From assembly GCA_047947115.1 (NCBI GenBank), contig CP170459.1, positions 1,664,001-1,728,000 on the forward strand: a stretch of DNA of 64,000 nucleotides. Reading direction: 5' to 3'. Shown in pieces: positions 19,146 through 28,291 of the stretch (position 1 is the stretch's first letter; the number at the start of each line of letters is the position of its first letter). The notes below the pieces were generated by a model. The model was not told where the DNA came from and ran no database searches. It worked only from the letters and a program-made list of their open reading frames with translations. The DNA is from Verrucomicrobiota bacterium. Its GTDB lineage: Bacteria; Verrucomicrobiota; Verrucomicrobiia; Limisphaerales; AAA164-E04. The translations under genes were made by a program, and so were the position numbers.

Positions 19146-20048
19146 ATGAGTCGAAATAAACAAAAGGCTTCAAACTTTCAGGGCAAGACTCGAGTGAAAG
19201 ACAATTCAAAGGGCTTTGAAGGTTGTTTATTGCCAAAAGAGGAATATCAGTTCTGGGACATACCTGAAAATGAGTATATCGAAGCCTATCAATATGAAAT
19301 AGAAAGAGAATCACGCCGTGACGGATCGAAACCCAAATCTCCCCAGGATTACCTATCAACTATCGATCCAGAGGATCCTCCATGGACGGCTTGGAGTGTA
19401 AGTGCAGAAAAATCAGCTTGGGATAGTTTTACCCATACTGGGAGCTCATATCCGCTATTAGTTGACAAAGAGTTGCCTACACATCCGTGCCGATCGCCCC
19501 AACCTAAAGCATTGATTCATCTTTCGCTTAATCCATACCAGCTTTCGACAGAAGAAAGCAAAAGTGTCCTTCAAAGTCTGCGTTCTACTTACCTAAAAGA
19601 GCTGTTGGCATCTGAGCAAAGCAGAAAAGATGCAATCTCCCTTGCGCTCTTTGAGATAGATTTTTCCCGTCCAGTCAATGAAATCCTTGATGAATTTAAA
19701 CATTGGCTGCAAGATAAAAGCAGCATCAAAATCGGAGGCAGACCACAAGAAGTTATTCCGAAGTTGTTCCGCCTTGCCATTTATCGATTAACAAGGGTGC
19801 ATTTTGATAGTGACGTCAAAAAGTTCTTGAAGAGTTTTAAAGCCCCCTTCAAACGCAGCATTGACGATAGAGACTTTCGAAGATTTAGGAAAAAGGCAGA
19901 AGACGAAATTATCAAAACGTTGAATTACTGCATTAGTGAAAACTTCTATGAGAAGTATTCGACGAAGGAATTGGTCAATGTGAAAAAAGATTTGATTTCA
20001 AAGTATCCTGACGAATATCTTAGGTCTGTTACTAGGCAGGATGCATGA
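19146..20048 (+). CDS. Hypothetical island protein (300 aa)
   Basis: Long ORF between integrase and xis-like gene; no family recognised. Confidence 0.7.
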   Translation: MSRNKQKASNFQGKTRVKDNSKGFEGCLLPKEEYQFWDIPENEYIEAYQYEIERESRRDGSKPKSPQDYLSTIDPEDPPWTAWSVSAEKSAWDSFTHTGSSYPLLVDKELPTHPCRSPQPKALIHLSLNPYQLSTEESKSVLQSLRSTYLKELLASEQSRKDAISLALFEIDFSRPVNEILDEFKHWLQDKSSIKIGGRPQEVIPKLFRLAIYRLTRVHFDSDVKKFLKSFKAPFKRSIDDRDFRRFRKKAEDEIIKTLNYCISENFYEKYSTKELVNVKKDLISKYPDEYLRSVTRQDA

Positions 20049-20139
20049 ATCCAGTCCTATTCATCGACTGCACCTTCAAAGGGGGGGGTAAAACCCTGCA
20101 GCAGGTTTGCACCCCTATTTTTCTCAATAGTGTTCTGCA

Positions 20140-20466
20140 ATGGTTGACGCGATGAACGTCAATCATATCGAATTACACAATCACAAATCGCCAAAACCAT
20201 TATTCTTCCGGCTTCCAAAGCCGGGCGAAACAGATCCCTACTTCGGAGCAAATCGTTCCTTCTGGAATGAACGGATCCTACCAACACCTCGGAACAACTA
20301 CGACCCCCCGATAAACTCCATCGTAGATCGAAAACCAGGTGCAAAAACCGGTTGTCGATTCATCGAATTCCAATCGGCGCTAAAATATTTTGAGGGGTTG
20401 CAAAACCATCCACCCCAACCCCACCCCCACAACAAAAATCTCAACAAGCAGGATAACCATAGGTAG
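20140..20466 (+). CDS. Putative excisionase/AlpA-like DNA-binding protein
   Basis: FFRLPKPGETDPYFGANRSFWNERI winged-helix-like pattern; position ahead of the replication genes. Confidence 0.5.
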   Translation: MVDAMNVNHIELHNHKSPKPLFFRLPKPGETDPYFGANRSFWNERILPTPRNNYDPPINSIVDRKPGAKTGCRFIEFQSALKYFEGLQNHPPQPHPHNKNLNKQDNHR

Positions 20467-20561
20467 GCCCCTTTTCGGGGTTACCCAAAGGTATACCTGC
20501 GCCTTGCGATTTTCTGTCACAAACCTATTTCCCGTGCATTGAGCACTCGAAAATAAAAGTT

Positions 20562-20972
20562 ATGAAACTAAAACTACAAATAGAAATTCCCCAAGAGGGA
20601 TGGCATCGAGCAATTTGCTCCGACATCATGGACAGAGGCTGTGTTGCAACAGAATATGGCAACAAGCATCTGGTCCGTTTCACATGGATGATCGTTCCAG
20701 AAGGCTCTTCAGAGCCGCTTCGGATCAGGAAATCCTACAACGCAACCCTGCATCCAAAAAGCAATCTGCTAAAGGATCTATCTGCATGGGTAGGTTCAGA
20801 GGAACTTCAGAACGAGTTCGATCTAATGAAGCTCAAGGGAAAGAAATGCCAACTGAAAGTAGCGCATTTCGAGGCCGAAGGTCAAACCATGGCCAAGGTA
20901 GTGGAAATCAAACCATTAACAGAAAACTTATCAATTGGGGAGGGTGTGTACTCTCCCAACTCAAATTTATGA
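20562..20972 (+). CDS. Phage-type OB-fold/ssDNA-binding-like replication protein
   Basis: PQEGWHRAIC.DI.D.G...Y.ATLHPKSNL.K.L..W...LKGKKCQL.V pattern of phage replication accessory proteins. Confidence 0.6.
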   Translation: MKLKLQIEIPQEGWHRAICSDIMDRGCVATEYGNKHLVRFTWMIVPEGSSEPLRIRKSYNATLHPKSNLLKDLSAWVGSEELQNEFDLMKLKGKKCQLKVAHFEAEGQTMAKVVEIKPLTENLSIGEGVYSPNSNL

Positions 20973-21988
20973 AACAGTTAAAAGTTCAAACTCCTACCAA
21001 GGTGCAGAGTCAAATTAAACAACTCAAACAAGCGCTTCCACTCCCAGATCTGATGGAAGCAATGGATTTCGGCGATTATGCCAAAAAATCATGTTCTTCA
21101 CCCTTCAGGGACGATAAGAATCCAAGTTTTGGGATTTATCAAGTTGAGACCAATTGGTTGTTCAAAGACCACGGAACAGGACTTGTTGGAGATGAAATTC
21201 AATTCATTGCCACTGTTCACGGTTTCGATCGGCACAAAGATTTTGCCAAGGTGTTGGACATATACAGAACCCTGGCTAAGGTTGCCCCACCAAAGCGGAT
21301 CCGCCCTTTGCGCAGGACCAAGGATCAACCGGTTAACTTGGATCCCAAAATGTTTCTGGATGCAGAGGCATACGAGCAAGGTCGCGGCCTTCTGAAGCCC
21401 TCTAGGCAGATTCTGCAGCAAATGGCTCATGAGAGGCCTTACGGTCTGCAGGGACTGCTCTGGGCTTCGGAGCGCGGCGTTCTTAAGTGCAAGAACGAAT
21501 GCTACTACGTATGCGACAAAACAGGGAACGTCATTGAGGGACGGCGGCTGGACAACAAGCCATTTCCAGCAGGAATTAAAAGCAAGGCCGAGCCCGGTAG
21601 TCGGAAAAGCTGGCCCGTTGGTATTGTGGAGGCATCAAAGTTCAGGAACATAGCCTTGGTTGAGGGAATTCCGGATTTCCTGATAGCACATCACATCATC
21701 CAGACCGAACAGCCAGAACCGAATTGTGCACCAGTAGGCATGCTTGGCAGCACTTCACTCATTAATGAGGCCGCGCTTCCTTTCTTCAAAGGCAAAGTGA
21801 TTAGGATCTTCGGACATGATGACGAAGCTGGAAGGCGAGCGGCATCCCGCTGGAAAAAACAGTTACTTGGTGAAGGCTGCTCTTCAGTGGAGGTATACGA
21901 ATTGTCGCCATTTGAAGGGGTGAACGACCTTTATGATTACTGGAGCCAACATGGAGACCTGTGCGAACGATGGATGCCGAACAATTAA
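20969..21988 (+). CDS. DNA primase (Zn-finger-like + Toprim)
   Basis: SPFRDDKNPSF, FKDHGTG..GD, LVEGIPD, GHDDEAG; ATGA overlap with upstream gene. Confidence 0.85.
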   Translation: MKQLKVQTPTKVQSQIKQLKQALPLPDLMEAMDFGDYAKKSCSSPFRDDKNPSFGIYQVETNWLFKDHGTGLVGDEIQFIATVHGFDRHKDFAKVLDIYRTLAKVAPPKRIRPLRRTKDQPVNLDPKMFLDAEAYEQGRGLLKPSRQILQQMAHERPYGLQGLLWASERGVLKCKNECYYVCDKTGNVIEGRRLDNKPFPAGIKSKAEPGSRKSWPVGIVEASKFRNIALVEGIPDFLIAHHIIQTEQPEPNCAPVGMLGSTSLINEAALPFFKGKVIRIFGHDDEAGRRAASRWKKQLLGEGCSSVEVYELSPFEGVNDLYDYWSQHGDLCERWMPNN

Positions 21989-23013
21989 TTCTGGATCCAC
22001 TGGATCTTGCCTTGGCGCAAGGCAATGATCTGCCGGAGATAACACCCCTCAGTCAATTGAATCCGCAGGATCGCGAGAAGCCCGCGGAATTGATTGATGG
22101 GGTGTTACACGCCGGTTGCAAAATGATCATTGGCGGTGGATCCAAATCCAACAAGACTTGGATCCTGATGCAACTTGCACATGCACTGGCTTCAGGCGGA
22201 AGCTGGTTGGATTTTAAAACTAACAAGTGCCGCGTTTTGTATGTCAATATGGAACTGCTCACTTCGTTTTTCTTGGAGCGCATGGACAATATTGATCAAT
22301 CGATCAAAGGTGTTGTCGCAAAATATCCCGATGGTGGAATGGAGAACATCGACTACTGGGGCTTGCGCGGTCACAATCCCGATATTACGACCATCAGAGA
22401 AGCCATATGCAGCCGGGCAGCTCCGATGAAGTATGGGGCCATTATCCTTGATCCGCTTTACAAGATCATGGCCGGTAGGAATGAAAACGCCGCCGGGGAA
22501 ATAGCGGAGTTTTTGAACATAATTGATGACATAGCCAACCAGACCGGTGCCGCCGTCATCAGTGCTCACCATTTTTCCAAGGGCAACCAAGCCGGCAAGG
22601 AACAAATGGATCGATTCTCAGGCAGTGGTGTATTTGCTCGAGATCCGGATGCACTGGTGACAATGACCAAGCACAAGGAAGAGGATTGTTTCACTGTGGA
22701 CTTGGTCCTGCGTAATCATCCGAGTGTTGAAAGCTTCGTGATAAGCTGGAGTCATCCTGTTTGTACAAGAGTTGACTTCGATCCTTCTGATCTGAAGACC
22801 AAGGCAGGAGCAAGCAAGAAGTATTCATCAGAGCAATTGCTTGAGTTGTTGCCGGTTTCAGGTTGCAAAACAAAGGACTGGCTCAAGCTTGCCAGAGAAG
22901 AGACAGGAATGAGCGAACGTACTTTTCACAATTTGCTCAAGCAGCTTGAGCATGATGGTTCAGTGACCAAGGAACCTAAGACTCGTATCTGGACTACTGC
23001 AGCGTTGCAGTGA
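21970..23013 (+). CDS. RepA-like AAA (AAA_25) replicative helicase with C-terminal wHTH
   Basis: Walker A GGSKSNKT, VLYVNME, Walker B IILDP, HHFSK, SGSG. Confidence 0.88.
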   Translation: MDAEQLILDPLDLALAQGNDLPEITPLSQLNPQDREKPAELIDGVLHAGCKMIIGGGSKSNKTWILMQLAHALASGGSWLDFKTNKCRVLYVNMELLTSFFLERMDNIDQSIKGVVAKYPDGGMENIDYWGLRGHNPDITTIREAICSRAAPMKYGAIILDPLYKIMAGRNENAAGEIAEFLNIIDDIANQTGAAVISAHHFSKGNQAGKEQMDRFSGSGVFARDPDALVTMTKHKEEDCFTVDLVLRNHPSVESFVISWSHPVCTRVDFDPSDLKTKAGASKKYSSEQLLELLPVSGCKTKDWLKLAREETGMSERTFHNLLKQLEHDGSVTKEPKTRIWTTAALQ

Positions 23014-23122
23014 AAAAGCTAAAGCCAGGTTAACTGCATACTGCAAAAACCCTTTAGGGTTTGCAGTTGCAGTAACTGGCAGGTTTATTACTGTTCTGCA
23101 GTGCAGGAAACCAGTTGCAGTA
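22996..23122. repeat. TGCA(G)-rich iteron-like cluster with central palindrome; putative island ori
   Basis: Nine TGCA in ~125 bp, arranged around CTGCAAAAACCC-TTTA-GGGTTTGCAG, right after the helicase. Confidence 0.6.
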
Positions 23123-23227
23123 AAACGCACAGGTAAAAAGTAGACGCCGGAATACACCCAGCGACAGCCATCCGATCAACTCTGAGCGGAGTTGACTGGA
23201 ACGCCCCGTTGGTTAGATTCATTGAAA

Positions 23228-23509
23228 ATGATCAGACCAACTTTTGAAATCGAGGGAGGCGACGACGATTTTGAGCTCGTGTATTCTCCATTGTGCCAAG
23301 TCATCAGCATTGGCGACGACTCTGTTTCCGTTAAAATTTACGGAGACGGAGAAGGCAAATGGATACTTGAGGTTGAAGACGAATACGATAATTCGACCGT
23401 CTGGGATGATCCCTTTGATACCGATCAGGAGGCTCTGGACGAAGTTCTTAAAACCATACGGGAAGAAGGGATCTGGTGTTTGATTGGCGAACCAGACTCG
23501 TCCGACTAA
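23228..23509 (+). CDS. Small acidic hypothetical protein
   Basis: VSVKIY...WILEVEDEYDNSTVWDDPF.TD..AL; protein-like composition. Confidence 0.7.
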   Translation: MIRPTFEIEGGDDDFELVYSPLCQVISIGDDSVSVKIYGDGEGKWILEVEDEYDNSTVWDDPFDTDQEALDEVLKTIREEGIWCLIGEPDSSD

Positions 23510-23565
23510 GTTTTATGACACAAAACAGTATTGTCGAACACATCTGCATGATGTAGGTTGTTTTC

Positions 23566-23684
23566 GTCATCAGGAACGGTCCTGCAAGTTGCAAGACCTG
23601 GCAACCTGGCTGGGAGAGCCAAGGTGCCTTCGATACTGAAAAGTATCGGATGAGCCACTCAATTGAGTGGAAAGTAAGTCTCCT
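23566..23684 (+). ncRNA. SAM-I/IV riboswitch aptamer
   Basis: P1 TCATC/GATGA; P2 GGTC/GACC; GGCAACC...GGTGCC P3; P4 CGATACT-GAAA-AGTATCG; P5 CCACTC/GAGTGG; L3 GGAGA can pair with 3' TCTCC (PK-2). Confidence 0.8.
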
Positions 23685-23693
23685 CCGGATTTT

Positions 23694-23733
23694 AGACCCG
23701 CGTTCCTGATTGGAGTGCGGGTCTTTTGTTTTT
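23694..23733 (+). terminator. Riboswitch expression-platform terminator
   Basis: AGACCCGCGTTCC...GGAGTGCGGGTCT followed by TTTGTTTTT. Confidence 0.8.
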
Positions 23734-23779
23734 GGATTCCTGATGGCTGTTAGTGCAAACAACCAAAAGAAAGTCAGGA

Positions 23780-24028
23780 ATGAATAACTGGACACTATCA
23801 ATAAGAATTCGGGAATCCAACCCCGACCATCACCTATTCCAAAATCACGGCACCTGGTGGTGTCACTTCTGGGCGATTGAGGATGGATTCCGACAGGAAC
23901 GGTTCCGCGTGAATCTCCAAACAAAATCCCGCACTAAGGCCCACCAGAAACGGAATTCATTGCTTCGTGACGGTTGGAAAAATGTTGTTTCGAATTCAAA
24001 AGAAGGGGTCCAAAATGCCTTATTCTAA
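23780..24028 (+). CDS. Small basic hypothetical protein downstream of SAM riboswitch
   Basis: NPDHHLFQNHGTWWCHF...RFRVNLQTKS...RN; resembles beta-sheet DNA-binding domains. Confidence 0.7.
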   Translation: MNNWTLSIRIRESNPDHHLFQNHGTWWCHFWAIEDGFRQERFRVNLQTKSRTKAHQKRNSLLRDGWKNVVSNSKEGVQNALF

Positions 24029-25608
24029 CCCGGATATTTCATCAAAACCAGAAATACCCACAAATTGGTTTTCATTGTAGCTCAAGGTTGAGTTTGGAGA
24101 GGTCAGACGCACCTTTTTAAGGTTCTTTTCGAATTGAGGATACACTCCCCCAATCCCCCATTGTTTTTCGACGTGCCGGGGCAGCACTCTGGGCATGTTA
24201 TCCTGTGTTCAGTTTGGCGTGAACATGTGCAAAGAGTTTTTGATAGGGGTATGCCTGACTCATCAATAATCGAATGCGTCTTGTGTTTTTCAGGACGATG
24301 GTTCCAATTTTGAACAGTTTCAGTCGGATGGTGCTGACCTGGGCTCGAGCCATTTCACTTCCTTTCAATCCAACTCGGCGGATGGTTTCCATCAGCACAT
24401 AGGCAGCACTGCTGAGCAGGAGTCGAAACTGATTGCTCCACCATTTATGACAACTGGTTCGGTCGGCGAATAATCCAAGCTGTTGTTCCTTGATGCGGTT
24501 TTCCATTTCTCCCCGAGCACAATAAATCTTCTCGTAGATATGCTGGGCATTGCCCGAAAGGTTACTCACCACAAATCTGGGATTGCTGCCCTGTCGATTA
24601 TGTTCCGCTTTAATGATCACCATTCTTTCCTGATCCCAGGAATGTGCCTTGTATTGGAGACAGGCAAAGTGGCGTTGTTTTTCACCAGTCTTTTCAAAGA
24701 GAACAGCGGATTCTGAAATAAGGTTTTGTCCTTGTTCAAGCAATCGTGGGTTTTTGGCGATTCCAACAACATACTTCACTTCATGACGTTCGCACCAACG
24801 CAACATTCTCCAACGACAAAACCCGGAGTCTCCCCGGAAGATGATGCGTACTTTGGGCCATTTTTGGCGCAGGCGTTGAACTAGCAATTTGAGAATGGCC
24901 CATGCATGACGTGCAGGATCAATATTGCTTGGGCGTAGATAACTGACCAAGAGTTGCTCGCCACAAAAGACATAAAGAGGAAGGAAACACCAGCAATCGT
25001 AATACCCGTGAAAACTGCGTCTCTCCTGGCCGCCATGAACTCGATCATCAGTTGCGTCAAAATCCAGAATCAGTTCTTCCGGAGCTTTTTTGAAAGAGTT
25101 GATAAAAGTTTCAATCAAGACTTTCGAAAAATCCATCGCTGTTTGGCGATCTGCCCGAGCTTCAAAGCGACACAAAGTAGGACTGCTGGCAAGCGAATCA
25201 GAACGTTCCACAGCACTTTGAATGAGTGGATCCTTTCGGAGGCAATCGTGATCGTTGAGATCTTCGTATCCCAAGGCCAGGCCGTAAATGCGTTGACGCA
25301 ACAAATCGAGAGTGGAATGAGCCGTCCGGCCAGATTGACGAGGATCGGTCATCACCTTGGAAATCGATTTGGTAAGACCAAGTAACCGATCAGCCTGCCT
25401 TAAAACAAAGCACCACCGTCCGAGGAAATGTGACCACCGCTGAAAGAAGCCTCAATTTTTCGTCGTTCAAGGCTTGGAAACTCAAAAGAAATCTGGTTAC
25501 ACTTTGTCATTAGCGGAGTTTTTACTGGTTTTTGTTTCAACACCAACAACCATATGGGATTATCCCAAAAACTTCGCTAATTTTTTTTAATTTAATGAAA
25601 TATCCGGG
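24029..25608 (-). mobile_element. IS1380-family element
   Basis: Terminal IRs CCCGGATATTTCAT / ATGAAATATCCGGG; CTA on both flanks. Confidence 0.88.
24198..25510 (-). pseudogene. IS1380 transposase, frameshifted near 25403
   Basis: N-terminus MTKCNQ...FSGGHISSDGGAL out of frame with GYEDLND, LDFDATDD, RGDSGF, RGEMENRIKE. Confidence 0.85.
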
Positions 25609-25611
25609 CTA

Positions 25612-27096
25612 GCAGCCCGTTAAAAAAGTCACAATTCTTCACGAAAAGAATCGTGATTGATCACATGATCAAGTAAAGTCTTTGCCATGGCACTTGGCAA
25701 ACGGAAAACGAAACAGCAAGAACTGTTCATTGCCTCCAATCAGATTCCCAAAACGCCGGCTCATCCGTTTTACTCCAAACTCAATCAGGTTTTCGATGAG
25801 TGCGGATTTGATGCTTATGTTGAAGAGTTGTGCGCCCCGTTTTACAAGAATTTTGGTCGGCCAGGTATTGCGCCCGGAATTTATTTCCGAATGATTTTCA
25901 TCGGATATTTTGAAGGGCTCAACAGTCAACGAGGTATCGCATGGAGATGTCATGACAGCCTTTGCCTGCGTGAATTTCTCGGTATCAGTTTGACGGAGAA
26001 AACTCCTGTTCACGCATCGATGACAATTATCCGTCAACGCTTGTCCGATGATGTGTTTCACAAGGTTTTCCTTTTTGTCCTTGAACAACTCAATGAGAAA
26101 AAGCTTTTGAAGGGAAAAACTCTTGGTGTTGATGCCACCACCCTGGAAGCCAATGCAGCCATGCGTAGCATCGTGCGCAAAGGCACGGGTGAGGATTGGA
26201 AAGAATACCTTCGTGAACTGGCCAAAGAAGAAGGTATTGAAAATCCGAGTGATGAAGATATTCAGCGCATCGACCGAGGGCGTAAGGGGAAGAAAGTTTC
26301 CAACAAAGAATGGCAAAGCAAGTCAGATCCGGACAGCCGCATTACCAAGATGAAAGATGGGCGCACACATCTTGCATATAAGGCTGAACATTCGGTGGAC
26401 TTGGAAACCGAGGCAATTGTTTCTTGTCATGTCACACATGCAGATCAAGGCGATACAACCACGGGGCCTGAGAGCCTCATCTTGGCTGAAGCCAATCTAC
26501 AATTAATCGAATCAGAAAGGACCGTTGAAGAGGCGGTGATGGACAAGGGATATCACAGCAACGCATTGTTGGAACGGCTCACGCAGTGGGGTATCCGCAC
26601 ATACATACCAGAGAAGAAGCAAAAGAAGCGTAAGTGGGTGGACAAACCGGAATGCTACGAACACGCATTCCGTGGTAATCGACGAAGAGTTCGGAGTGTC
26701 AAGGGTAAGCGACTGAGTCGAAAACGAAGCGAACTTGTGGAGCGAACATTTGCTCATGTGTGCGAAACAGGAGCTGGACGTCGTACCTGGCTCCAGGGAA
26801 TGGAAAATGTCACCAAGATTCACACACTGAAGTGCGCAGCATTCAACCTCGGATTGCTGATGCGGAAAATCTTTGGCCTCGCCAAGCCAAGAAACTGGGA
26901 AGCGAGCCTCGCTACCGCTTTGACGGCTGCTTTTGTCATAATTTTTGGCGAATGGATGACTCTGGGGGCGATAAATATGTCTCCCGCCGTCCTTTTACTG
27001 ATTTCCACCATTTTATTATGCAGCTTGATGAAATCGAAGCGGGACGAGATTCGGATCATTCGGTTTTTCGAAATTGGCACTTATTAAACGGGCTGT
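25612..27096 (+). mobile_element. IS1182/IS5-like element
   Basis: IRs CAGCCCGTTAAAAAAGT / ACTTATTAAACGGGCTG, flanked by TA on both sides. Confidence 0.8.
25687..27087 (+). CDS. DDE transposase (DUF772 + DDE), intact
   Basis: GRPGIAP, VDATTLEANA, SDPDSR, MDKGY, VERTFAH. Confidence 0.92.
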   Translation: MALGKRKTKQQELFIASNQIPKTPAHPFYSKLNQVFDECGFDAYVEELCAPFYKNFGRPGIAPGIYFRMIFIGYFEGLNSQRGIAWRCHDSLCLREFLGISLTEKTPVHASMTIIRQRLSDDVFHKVFLFVLEQLNEKKLLKGKTLGVDATTLEANAAMRSIVRKGTGEDWKEYLRELAKEEGIENPSDEDIQRIDRGRKGKKVSNKEWQSKSDPDSRITKMKDGRTHLAYKAEHSVDLETEAIVSCHVTHADQGDTTTGPESLILAEANLQLIESERTVEEAVMDKGYHSNALLERLTQWGIRTYIPEKKQKKRKWVDKPECYEHAFRGNRRRVRSVKGKRLSRKRSELVERTFAHVCETGAGRRTWLQGMENVTKIHTLKCAAFNLGLLMRKIFGLAKPRNWEASLATALTAAFVIIFGEWMTLGAINMSPAVLLLISTILLCSLMKSKRDEIRIIRFFEIGTY

Positions 27097-27152
27097 TATG
27101 CAAAAAAAGCTGGAAAACCATATCTAAAGCTGCAAATTTATCACTGTTCAAG

Positions 27153-28265
27153 ATGATACTTAATTATTTTCTCAAATCTCAGTCACTTAAATGGGCCTTT
27201 TGGACTTTCCTTTCCATGGTGCTTTGGCTTGGTTCATCTGATTTATCGGGGCAAACAATTAATTACCAGGGACGTATTGTGGGAGATGATGGAAACCCTG
27301 TTAATGCGTCCTGGGATGTAGAAGTTAATGTTTACGAAAGTGAGGATAGTGAAGTAGCTATATACACAGAGGTGGTAAATAGTGTTGCAATTAAAAACGG
27401 TCTTTATTCTTTCGGTTTTGGCGCTGAAGGGGTTGGGAAAAGGCGGCAAACTGAAATTTTGGGCTTTGGAGATGCTTCCACTAAAGTTTTTAACTTTACA
27501 CCAAGTCGTGGCATGATCCCCGGGTCCATCAAAATTAGTGACTCAAAATATACTTGGAGCGATCTTGAAGGTGCTTCAGATGCAGGTAACTTTATAGGGT
27601 CTGTTAATATTCCTGATAACAACGTTTCAGCTATCTATTTTAATGATGCGCCGGATCATTCTGTTTCAATTCAGCTTGCTTATTCTTATCAAGTTAGCAG
27701 TCTAAGCACTATTCTGATAGATCATGATGAGGCGTTTGTTCAAGTTCAAGTTGGTGACTATGTTTTCCCGAGAGAACGACTTTCTTATACCTTTTTTGCA
27801 TATCGATCGGCTTATTCTAATAATGAGCTCAAGCCCAAAGCCTATCGTCCTGTGATTTATGATAGTAATGGAACAACATCAAATATGGGGCCAATCGGAG
27901 CCGGTATCTACACAATTCCAGTACCAAAAACTGTAATATCCGACTACTCGGTAAAGATCTCTGGGACGATGAATGGCGTCCCGGACATAACACATGCTTC
28001 GGGTGGCTCTCGGAGCTCCTTGATTGTAACATTAATACGTGAAAATATTTCAACAGGAGAAGTTGAAAGGATTCTATTAAATTCCACTTATTCTTTTCAT
28101 TCCTACGAAAAGATCGAGTTTACACGTCAGGTGGATATAAACAAATGGATTGATTCGTCCGATAATTTCTCCTTAATCATCGAGTTAAATTTGTATTCTC
28201 AAGCAGGCAATTCGTGGTTTCGTGGTGGGCATATATCAGCAAAAGCTTCGGTTTTTCACAACTGA
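27153..28265 (+). CDS. Secreted 'INYQGR' fibre-like protein, paralog 1
   Basis: Signal peptide then QTINYQGRI...NGLYSFGFG; N-terminal half aligns with 34231-35319. Confidence 0.75.
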   Translation: MILNYFLKSQSLKWAFWTFLSMVLWLGSSDLSGQTINYQGRIVGDDGNPVNASWDVEVNVYESEDSEVAIYTEVVNSVAIKNGLYSFGFGAEGVGKRRQTEILGFGDASTKVFNFTPSRGMIPGSIKISDSKYTWSDLEGASDAGNFIGSVNIPDNNVSAIYFNDAPDHSVSIQLAYSYQVSSLSTILIDHDEAFVQVQVGDYVFPRERLSYTFFAYRSAYSNNELKPKAYRPVIYDSNGTTSNMGPIGAGIYTIPVPKTVISDYSVKISGTMNGVPDITHASGGSRSSLIVTLIRENISTGEVERILLNSTYSFHSYEKIEFTRQVDINKWIDSSDNFSLIIELNLYSQAGNSWFRGGHISAKASVFHN

Positions 28266-28291
28266 TAATCAGGCTTCAATAAGGTTTTTTT

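Noticed and set aside
20600..20968. N-terminal extension of the primase ORF
   Set aside because: Overlaps the 20562-20972 gene; ATG at 20969 with ATGA coupling is the better start
26760..27152. N-terminal extension of the 501-aa ORF
   Set aside because: Lies inside the transposase/IS end; the signal peptide begins at 27153
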